DNA of 63,514 nt, filler included, from Asterionella formosa (lineage: Eukaryota), in NCBI GenBank assembly GCA_002256025.1. It is 22 parts of 22 records of this genome, joined end to end, with 100 filler letters (N's around TTAATTAATTAA, not from the genome) between each part and the next. Parts side by side here need not be neighbours in the genome. Positions count along the whole stretch, not along the records: positions 1 to 18,972 come from NKIB01003886.1; 21 more parts are not named here. One strand, 5' to 3'. The position numbers were made by a program, and so were the translations under genes. Numbering within the stretch: the stretch's first letter is position 1; every line of letters starts with the position of its first letter. The notes beneath the pieces were generated by a model that was given only the letters and a program-made list of their open reading frames with translations, did not search any database and was not told the DNA's origin. Positions 1 to 10,800 of the stretch are shown here, in pieces.

Positions 1-1392
1 CTATAGAGTTCTACATGAAGAGACAATAGTGAATGTACTGTAATTATGTATGCACTCATTGAACTATAAACGTTAGCTTGCCGGCGCGAGACACAATCTA
101 AACCAATAGAAATGCTCCTTTCATTTGGCTATGGTCGGAGTCTAATCGACCAACTACCTGATATTTGGTCGATAAGGGGGTCATCCTCGATCAAGACCAA
201 AGCATATTTGGTCTTGGTCGATGCGGTGGCTAAAATTTTTTTGCTTTTTCGACCAACACAACGCATCATGACGTGTAATGACCCGCAACTTCAATTGGAT
301 TGGTATTTGGTCGATGCGGTGGCGATGCTCTTAGTTGTAACGTTTGTGCCCTCGTCAACAAACAGTGATTGGGGCTTTGCTTAGGGACTTGGTAGAGGTT
401 TGCACACACATTGTGGTAAAAATGTACATAAGACACAAGCAAGTTTCTTTCTATTGCCCCTGTCGAACTAAAATTTTGGTGGGAGTACTTGTACCCAGAT
501 GTACCAGCTCCTCCAGTACCAGGTACCAAGTACCGACCTTGGTATTATCGCGTGTGCGTTTGATTATGTTTACATCATTTGATAGCAAGAACATCGATGA
601 TACCCCTGGTACCCTGGTACAAGGTAGTCGTACCCGGTAACCCGAGTGACAGCTACCGTGCGAAGCAACCGCGAAACAGCCTGGTAGCACCAGGTACCAG
701 CTGGTACGAGGTACTGGTACTTACGCACCGCCACTGAAATCGGCTGACCATCAGACAGATTGGATGGCCACGTATGACAAGGGCACTTTTAAAATGGACG
801 ATGAGGAGTGTTGTTCCTAACCAGGTACCAGGGTACACAGTTCAATTGAGACATGGCAGGCATCGCATGCGACCTTCCTTGACATTGCTATTGCGGTTCG
901 GTACCAGGTACAATAATACATATGCAAAAACTAGTTTCCTGTAAGTATCAGGTACAAGTACCTGGTACTGGTACTGGTATCTGCTGGATACCAGAGCAAG
1001 TTGCCGATTTTTTTGACTCTACATAGCTTGGGCTAGGGTCGTTTCATAAAGGGGTCATTCAGATCTACAATTTGGATGGGATCATGATGAAACAAAATAA
1101 GAAGAAGCAAACCCACAGAAGAATTAGAAAGGCATCAAGCAGAAAAAATTGCATGGGCAAGAATTCATCAGCTACAATTCATCATGAAAAGTTCTGTAAT
1201 GTGGTGGTGGAGCCTCCACATTATTATAAATATTTAGAAACTCAAAACCTTCATACTAGCAATATAATTACTTTCATGGTGGTGGAGCTTCCAAACTATT
1301 ATATACAGTTCTCAAAACCACACTAGTAATATTTTTAGTTTCAAGGTGATGGAGTGAGCCTCCACACCATATAAATAGTTACTAAAATCCAA

Positions 1393-1581
1393 GGGAGTGG
1401 CTGAGTGGTTTGCACGCCCTTCTGCGGTGGCAGATTCAATTCCCACACTCTCCGCTCGCCTACTTTGCTTGTTTATGTAGTTAGTTCCTAGGGTTCCAAA
1501 ACAGGGCTTCTGTGGTGGTGGCTTCAATTCCCAAACTCTCTGCCCGCCTTGTTGTTTAGGTAGCTAGTCCCTAGGGTTCCA
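1393..1581 (+). other. tRNA-derived (SINE-like or pseudo-tRNA) head with a duplicated 3' part
   Basis: A-box-like TGGCTGAGTGG at 1398 and B-box-like GATTCAATTCC at about 1433. No complete anticodon arm. About 1418-1498 is repeated, diverged, at about 1507-1581. Confidence 0.35.
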
Positions 1582-2077
1582 TTGGGGAGGCTGACAACAG
1601 ACAGGCCTAGTATGGAATTCTCGGCCACTGTGCGACTTTACAACCTCCGAAATGCCAACTTCTTAAACAATAGCATACTATAAATTGATAAAATATTTTT
1701 TATAGCTACTAAAATTCATACAAGCAATATATTTAGTGGTGATTTAGAAATACTAGTGGTAGGTTATTGGTAGCTAGCTAGTTTATGTAGTAGGTAGAAA
1801 AGTCCCCCAGCTCGGGAAGTTTAGACAATTTGATGTTACTGTAGTTTCATCTGTCATCATGACCCCCAGAAAAGCAAAGAATTAACCATGGCATGATATA
1901 CCCCAAGTTTGTAACAAAAGAGAACAAATGGTTTGTGCTGATACCTGTATAGTCAGTCATCTATTATGACAGATTCTTCTTCCTCCAATCCTACATTCTA
2001 AATGGCAAAAACTAAAACCTCTATTATTATTTATCTTATAAAAACACTTATGGTATGCCCATCAGGACATCTTTTAA

Positions 2078-3669
2078 TTACCATAGATCTGTACATTCCT
2101 CACCACAGTCTCTCAAATCACAGCTCGCTTGTTTGGCCATTTCTTCCAACAAAATAACATGCTCCAACATTAGTTCATAAGCCTTGGACAGCCGCTCTGC
2201 ACTATTGGCACATCGTAGTGCCCATGCCAAGTCATACGACTTGCAAAAGCCTTCCAAGGCTCGAAACGCCACAAACGAGAGTATTTCGAATCTATATTCT
2301 TCTGTTTGCTGTCGCTTGGGACTATAATAAGGAGCAAAAATTTCCATAGCGACGTTGGTGAGAGCGAGAATGGACGAAAAGCGTGAATAGTAGTTGAGTC
2401 CATAGTTGTCCAACCCAGCCAATCGACTACTTCCGCCCACGAAGCACTCTTCCGAATCATACCGTGATAGCAAATAATCCACTGCCGCTTGTTCCTTCTC
2501 TTGTTGCAACTGTCCCAATCCGTCTGTATCTTCGTACACATTCTTGTGGTTTAATCTGGCCTTGGCGGCTGATAATCCAAGGACCAGCCTTCGTCGGTCC
2601 TCGTGGATGCGCATCACTTTGTTTGCCAGATTGCTCATCTCGTTGAGAGCATGAATGGGTGCTTTTTCGAAAGATTTGGCCCCCTTGTCCCCCACACTGT
2701 CAAATGGATTCGACGCTTTCTTGGTCGAGTCTGTAAGTAGAGTAAATTGAGCCATGACAATTGGGGTAGAGTCTTCTTCTTCGTCGATAAAGTCTTCCTC
2801 TTCATCCTCCTCCTTGTCTTCTTCGGCTGCCTGGATATCGTTTGTTGTCTCTACTTCGTCCATCGAGGGCATTTTGTAAAACAGTTCACCCAAAGTAGCT
2901 CTTGCTACCCCTACTAACCTCACGTTGCTAGTGAGGGGTGTCACATATCCTTGAGTTCCAAATTGATTCATGGATTCCATAAACGATGCTTCATCGGAGG
3001 TGTCAATTTTAGCAGAACGTCCGTTCTTGTTGGAAATACCAACGACAGCAGCAATTGTGGCATAGCGTCCTGCGTGGACACTATATGTATTAGTTAGTGT
3101 GTGTGTGACCCATACAATGGCGTGTGTGAGTCAAGTATTTGTTTGGCTTTCTTTTCCAACATGCCTACACTATCCTAGGCAGAGACAACACCACCAACGT
3201 ACCTTTGACCAGATACCTCATCAATAATCGCCACAAGGGGCGCAGCATCAATACCTGTGATGGTACTGTTCTCTTGTTCTTTTAAATACTTTCGATGCAG
3301 CAAGACACTTTCCTCCAGTGCCTTCCATTGCATCGGCGTTGGTTCCATGTGCAACTCCGAGCCCATGAGTAGTGGAGTACCCCCAGGAATGGGTCCTATC
3401 AACGGCACATTGAACCCAACGATGCGAGGTTTTTGTTGCGACGCTTCATCGCCATATCCATCGTTTCTCCGGCTTCCCTCTCCGAATTCATCTCGATAAC
3501 CAAAGAGGGGAGTGCGCGTACAGAGAGCCGGTGTTGTCGTCGCGACGAAGGATGCAGACGTGGGTTGCAACGGAAACAGCAATAGTAGTAGTAGCAGTTG
3601 CAGAGCGCCCGAGTAATTGGAAGCAAAACTACCAGTTGAAAAGTTCAACACAAGGGCCCTCGCTCTCAT
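2078..3669 (-). CDS. Plastid-targeted protein of unknown function, about 489 aa, 2 exons (3669-3203, 3080-2078); possibly LON N-terminal-like domain
   Basis: Intron 3202-3081 (GTACGT..CTAAC..ATAG) joins the 164-aa and 300-aa ORFs in frame (..SGQ/SVHAGRYATIAAVVG..). Hydrophobic signal followed by 'TSA-SFV' resembles the diatom ASAFAP motif. The domain guess is weak. Confidence 0.8.
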
Positions 3670-4846
3670 TGCAATGATCTTCTATCGTGATGGACTTCTG
3701 TAGTTTGTGTATGATTCAGTTCTTTATTGTTGCGTGACGATTTACCGGTAGTCAGTAAAGTCGAAGCAAAGGGACAGTACAATAAGGTTGAAACGGACAG
3801 TACTTTTGGTTCCAAGAACAAAACGTTTTTCTGTTCGTCGCTCAGCTCAAGTTCTGCTTTGTGAGAGCCAGTTTTAGTGCAGCCATGTTACTACGCCATG
3901 TAGCTAATTAATAACAATGTACCGGTGACATCACGATGACGAGCAGATGGATGTTTTCTCATCCGCCCTCCTGCACACCTGCCTTATATTTCGATACCAG
4001 GTACCTGTTACCTGGTAACTTCTAGGTATCATTCAGATGATAGAGTCATGTTTACGGTACCAGGTATGCATTATTGCGTATGATCCCAATCGGTACGTTA
4101 ATAACACAAAACTGCAACGTCATCCTTTTTATGTTGACGTCAGCTGACAGGTTGGGAATTCCGATGTGATGTCGCCGCTCCGTGTTCGAACATAGCGGTG
4201 CCTGGTACCAGGTACCAGGTACCTGGTACCAAGGAACCGGCACATTATAGCTTTCCATACGATTTTAAACATACAACTGGTACCGGTAGAAGGTCAGGGG
4301 AGATTTTATACGGCATTATATGTACCACCGGACCTTGTAAGTTGTAATACCGGTTTTCAAGTATCAACCGGTACCAGATACATACCGGTAGTTTTGAGGA
4401 CTGCTCATCATTGGCTGGGCGTTCTCGCCTACGACCCAAATGACATTCGTCTTGGTACACAACCAGCATCAGCCGTTGTGGCAACGTCCCGGTTGGTTTT
4501 GTTCAAACAGGAGAGCTTCTTATATCATCGTATGATAAACAGTACAAAACATGTTTTCAGTAAAGGAGTTCTATTGAGTTTGCACTTTTTTATGTGTAAC
4601 TTCATGTACCGGTAGTCCTACATTGTATAATAAAATATAATATTATAGATACCGATAGAACCCCGGTAGCAATAAGGAGTAAACCTGCAGTGTTACTTGC
4701 TAAAGAAAATTTATGTGACACAATTGGACCTGTCTATGAGTATATTGGTTGTTATTCTATTCGAGCAAATGGTCATCAAGAAAAGCATAGATCATGTTTC
4801 ATACAAAATAAATCTAGCTGCAACTGCTTTATGGTTATTCGTAGTT

Positions 4847-7800
4847 CTACTCGGACTCCTCAGTAGTACTTGTTTTTGGGTTGTTCAATAGAGGCAAACT
4901 CAAGGTCGCTTCAATAGCATTAGCCCTGCCTTCCACAGCTCCAAACAAGGCGTCGCCCAATTCCACTTCACCACGCTCCAACGCTAGATCTCCTTTGACG
5001 ACATCTCGAAACATTTCCAAACTCCATTTCAACAATTTATTTTGTAAAAAGTCCTCTAAAAAGACGGATGCACCAGGAAACAAGGTGGCCAATATACGAG
5101 GTACTAATATCGTCATGCGCACTTTCATCAAACACGCATCCGAGGATGTGGGAACAAATTCAACAACTCCCAAATTCCCAAGACCGGATATACTTTCCCA
5201 CTGAATGCCCCGGTACGGTTTTTCCAAAATGTCACTCACTGCCCTCCAACAAAAGCACACACCTCGCACATTCAAGGTCCATTCAGTTTCACGATCGGCA
5301 TCCAAGTACGCAACACTGCTCAGCCACGGCGACCACCGGGATTGTTGTGGCAGGTCGGTGAACCGAGCGGATGCAATGTCATCTGAAAAGGGTAGGGGAA
5401 GCGAGACGACAACTGAAAGCTCACGGCCACTACTCGATGTAGCAGTAGATGCTTGGTAACGGTCCGTACCTTCGTCACTGGTTAAGGGAGCTTCATCTGG
5501 AAGGACAGCGGAAAAGGACCCGCGCATTTCATCGAGACCCAAGCCATACAAGGCGCGGGACAAGGATGCCACTTGAAGAAAGCCTTTCTCATTCACGTAA
5601 GATCCAAACGAGGGCGACAAGGTGTCACTAGCGAGCATAGAATAGGTGCCGATGCCGTGCGCATATGTTGTTTCGGTGGCTGCTGCTAAAAATGCCGTGT
5701 AGGCCAGGCCAACACCGGAATCGAAAGACGACGAGAATATGGAACCAATACCAAGCGACGAATATGCCAATCTCGCAAGTTGCATGGAGAGCTCCAATCC
5801 AAGGAGAGCTGGTTTAAGAACAACAGCAGCGCAACCAAAGATGCTACCGTCAAAGACAGCGTTCAGCTCAGCAGCGATAGCTACAAAGTCGCCATTTCGC
5901 ACTTCCACGAGATCGGCAATACTCTCATCCAGAGCGTACTTGATACCCGTATGCTGATACAAGCGTTCGAGGGCTTCTATTTGTGCCGCAATGCTCCACT
6001 TTCCAGTTTTAACTTTTTGAAGTGGCTCCTCGATGAATTCAATTCGACGGACGACGTTCACGTCCAGGACTTCCAATGCAGATGCAAAGTGAATGGCGTC
6101 CGCATCATCCCAGGCTCGGTTCGCGTCCGCTCTAATTTTGCCACCCTTTTGCGTCTCTTGAAGCGCCCGCGTCAAGGCAGTGGCGTCGTCCTGGGCGGTC
6201 TGGTGGCCGACTTTGACTTTCAAGGATGAGTACTTCATGGGTTGTTCATTCTTTACACGTTGACCAGACCCTCGCATAATCAAACCATTCAGAGGAAGTT
6301 CCTTTCCAGATCCCGAAATAGCTTGGAGAACTGGCAATCGTTTGATCTGAGCTGCAAATGAGAGAAGAGCCATCTCTAACCCTGATTTGACTGACGGCGA
6401 AATAGTCTTTATTTCTAATGCTTTTAGTAGACCATATATGTAGGTGTTGAGTCCTCCTTGCATGTTGAGGATGTCGTCTACCAACATTTCAGGGATAATT
6501 TTTGCCCCAGCTAGCTGGTTCTTCAAATTGACTAGTTCGTGCTTGGCATCAGAAAGGCTTTCAGCGTGAAGACCGGCCAACGGACTGACCTCTCCGATTC
6601 CAATAATGGATCGATCGTCCGACAAAAGCTGAATAATAAATCCGGACCGTTGCTTTGATCGTGTGTCTACAGTGGCCCGTTCCCCCCACCCGATCCCACG
6701 AATGCCACTATCCTTCTCTTCACCTACCATGGCAATCGAAAAAGCTTCAAACTCCAGATTTGCGATAGAAGCTGTTTCGAAATTGTTCGTGGAACGATAT
6801 TGAGGTTGAATCTCTTCGTTAGAAATACTCGCAATTGAAGTAGTTACGGCATTCTTTGTCATACCTCCTTTTCCTATTGATGGAATCATCGTAGACGGTG
6901 CATCTGGCACGAAGGCTCTATATTTAAAGTTTGGCGCAACCTCCTTGGTTTTCTTGATGGGCTTAGACTCTGTGACGAATTTCAATATTGCTTCACCTAC
7001 AGCATCGGAGTTTTCAACGAGCACAGCGTGTCCTGAATCAGCAATGGTGGTAGCACTAAGCGCCGGGAACAGCGAAGCCCACTGCCTCCCAATTTCAACA
7101 TACTTCAAGTCCAGCTCCCCTGCAACAAACAAAGTAGATTCTGCGTTGATTTGATGCCAATCAGCGGTATATTGTCTACCTGGAGATCCATCGCGAAGAA
7201 CAGACGAAAGGTCATTCCCACGCCTATCAAGAGTGGCAACTCGTTTTCGTACCATGTCTTGATAAACTTGCGGCTTTCGGTGCTTCAGATTGCCCCAAAT
7301 TGGGGCCCTGTACCATTTCTCAACAAATGATATCCAAATGGCACGACGCTGAGACGACTGACCGGATATTGACCGGCTGCGCATGAACAACCGTCTCAAA
7401 TCTTCTGATAGGGCATCGTCTGCTGACTTTCTTTTTCTTCCGTCCACTGCATGGCTACGAAGAACATCGGAGGATACAAAACTTCCTGTGACAGGGAGCG
7501 GGCCAGGATTTACGCCAAGGAGGATAAGTTTTGTGCCATCGTCCAAAAGTAATTGATCGTCGCTGTTGCAGATGCTACACAGTCCCTTCATCGCTAACGC
7601 AACTCGACCACCAAGGCTGTACCCAGCAACTGCATCCAACCGTGTCACACCATAATCATGCAAAATTGTTTTCATGATAGTTGAAGCAATTCGCTCCATC
7701 GACAATTCGACGCTTGGAGGATCAAGACCAAGTGCTGCACGGATCATTTTAGAGTCCGAGGATATCAGTGACGGAGCGTCTCCGTGTCCCGGTAAGTCTA

Positions 7801-10800
7801 TCGCTATAACAGTCCAATCAAACGGTAGAGACTGTGCTAGCTGAAGCCCAACTTCGTCCCATTCCGACTTGTCTCCCATCCAACCATGCAACAACAGGAG
7901 CGTTTTGCCGTCTTTTCTAGAGGACATATCCTTACTGGATTCCGTCGAAGAATAAAATTTTGCAGGGAGTTTTTGCGAGCACTCATCGCTCACCGCAAGC
8001 AGACTATCTATCAATTTTGATGATAGCATTGATATTTCTGCATGAACTGCAACATTGAGTTCCCTACTTACTACCTTCGCCTCCAACATATTATGTACTT
8101 TGGATTGCAACGCATCTTTGTAGCATTTCGAAAAGGACCTAGACGAGTGGGCTTCCTGATACCGAAGGCCAAATGCCTCAGCCCCCTTTTGAAATGAAAA
8201 TGAATTGGTTGGTGTGCCGAAAAAATCTTCAAAATTCACTTCCTTTCCATGCTTCGCTACTGGTAGGAAAGAGAAAATGCCACCCCCGTCGTTGTTCACC
8301 ACAACAGCAGTTATTGGCGCCTTCCTTTGTGAAGCTACTGAAGATTTTGAATCTGACAAGGCGTGGAATGAGTTGATATCATGCAGCGAAGCAAGATCAC
8401 CAATGAGCAGGCTGGTGGGCCTTTCCGATCCTTCCGAGAAACCATTTGCAGAAGAAATTATTCCATCAATGCCGCTTGCACCCCGATTCACTCCAATCCT
8501 CGATAACCCGCCTCCTCGTTTTGGATAAAGAAAGAACTCGCCATCTCGGACTGGCATGGAGTTCGAGAGAAACAGAGACATCGGCAAATTCAATTCGCCA
8601 ATGGCCTCCGCCATTGATATTACGATTTGTGGTTCTGTCAAAGTAGGAACATCCGCACTTACAGAGCCTAAAAATTTTGACACTATCGTATTCGAGGCCT
8701 CGTGGATGAGTTGCGGCATCTTCTCTTGCATTTGTCGTCCCAGCAGAATCAGTGGAGACACAGCACTGCTACAGGAATTGTCATTGCTCTGGAGTTCTTT
8801 CATAACTCTTCTTATGAACGGAATCACGTCTGCGGAGATTCGATGGGACATCAAAAAGTCAGGATCAGACCTTTCGTTAGGATGATGGGGGTGGAGCAGG
8901 ACATGATTCACTAACACATCTTTTTGTGCGACAGCTTCTTTCATCATCTTTGGTACCTCGGACGATATCAATGGATGACCAATTTGCAATATAAAATCAG
9001 GGTTTGTACCCAAGGCGACTGCCTTATGCTTGAGCATGTGTTCGGCAAATGGAATTACCGAAGAACTTCTGGAACGGAGATTTCCACTTTGAACTCCGGC
9101 GAAAATGGGGAAACCAATTTGCTCTGCAAATTGTGAAATCGTATCTGCAATCTCATCTTGTTCGTCGGATGAGCGAACATTCCCAACAACAATTATTCCT
9201 CGCTTCGACTCGGCAATCATCGTGGCAACAGAAAAAACTGCATAGTCTGATGGACCGGATTTATAAAAGGATTCTAACCACTTTCCCCCACCTGTTGACC
9301 ATCGCTGAAAGGCGGGAGTGTCTGTGAATTTATGGCTATTGAAGGATGTAACAGAGTCCACGCGGTTGTCACTTCTAATAGGGCCTGCATCAGGTGCCAA
9401 ATTCTCTCTGAACTGGATATTGAGATGGACAGGACCTTTCAGTTCCATGGAAAGAGTCACTCCTTGATTAGCATCTGAAAGCACCACAGATACTGGAACA
9501 TCGTCACTTGGTGGTGGAATATCTCGAAACCACCTTACATATGATGATGAGTACGCCTTCATTTGATCAATAGCTTGGTTTGCACCAGTGTCTCTACTTT
9601 CGTATGGTCGATCGGCAGTTAAAATCAGCATTGGCACTGCATCCATCCCGGCCTCCATGATTGCTGGATAAAGGTTTGCAATGGCTGTTCCACTGGATGT
9701 AATTACTGCTGCTGGTCGTCCCGTTGCTCGTGAATAACCAATGGCTCGAAAGCCAGCACCGCGTTCATCGTGAACACTGACTGCATTGATGATACCAACA
9801 TTGGTTCTAAGGGCCTTTGAGATGGCAGCAACAAGAGGGGTCGACCGCGATCCCGGACAAACGTAAAATTGAGTAACTCCACATCGGATAAGTTCCTCAA
9901 CAAAGGCGGTGGCCCATGCAACATTTGGAGTTGGGGAACTTGATAGTGTAATTGGAGATTGAGGGAAGAGAGATGAAATAACATTTAATTTGTAGGATGT
10001 TTCTGACCACTCGCCTTGAACAGTAGATCCAGGAACAATACCAGCTCCAGCATAAACTGACACGGAGGACATTCCAGCTGAGCGCGCCTTTGGCGTCGAT
10101 GTCAGTCCTGATCGGATAGCAACAACTACTTCAGCATTATCTCGTCCAAGATAGCCGAAAGGCCCAGCATAGAAACCACGGTCGAATGCAATGGCTTCCA
10201 TGTTTCGAATAAATTGCATCGCCTCATGGGGCGGAAAACCACAGACTGCGGGTGTAGGATGTAGTCCCTGCAACAAGAATTTCGATACTTGAGCTGCAGT
10301 TACCCCCACCTCTAAATCACATTGAAATCTCTGACAGATGTGTTGCAAATGCCGCAGCCTTCGGACGAAATAGCGACTCGTATCGTCAACAATGGACGAG
10401 TCCTTTTGTACAAGTCCCATGGCATTCGCGTTCACCAGCTGATTTCGAATAAACCGTCCCGTAATTTCATTTTCAGATCGATCCTTGGGGTCAGCATACA
10501 AGTCTCGACTTAGTTGAGCGTCTGCGTCTGGTGTAGACCCCCGCGGTCTAGTTCCCGCCAGAGCTTCCGTAACAACCGTTCGTCCAGATATTCGAAAAAG
10601 CCGTTCTGGTGTAGAACCGAAGAATTCTCGTTTAATTTCCCGATCACCACCTGGATACAGATAAAACAAATGCCCTCCTTCACTTCCACCAAACTTCCAT
10701 TTTCGCAACATATCCAATGCCGACAATGTTGAGGCATGCTTATTATTATTATGAAAGTGCAATTGCGATCGTCGTGCCAAGACCACCTTTTCCAATGGTG

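Noticed and set aside
119..480. Clustered TTGGTCGA/TCGACCAA motifs as transposon subterminal repeats
   Set aside because: Plausible, but no termini or second copy could be defined.
1051..1867. MITE bounded by GGGGTCAT/ATGACCCC with internal GGTGGAGC repeats
   Set aside because: Only 8 bp of inverted match and no clear TSD.
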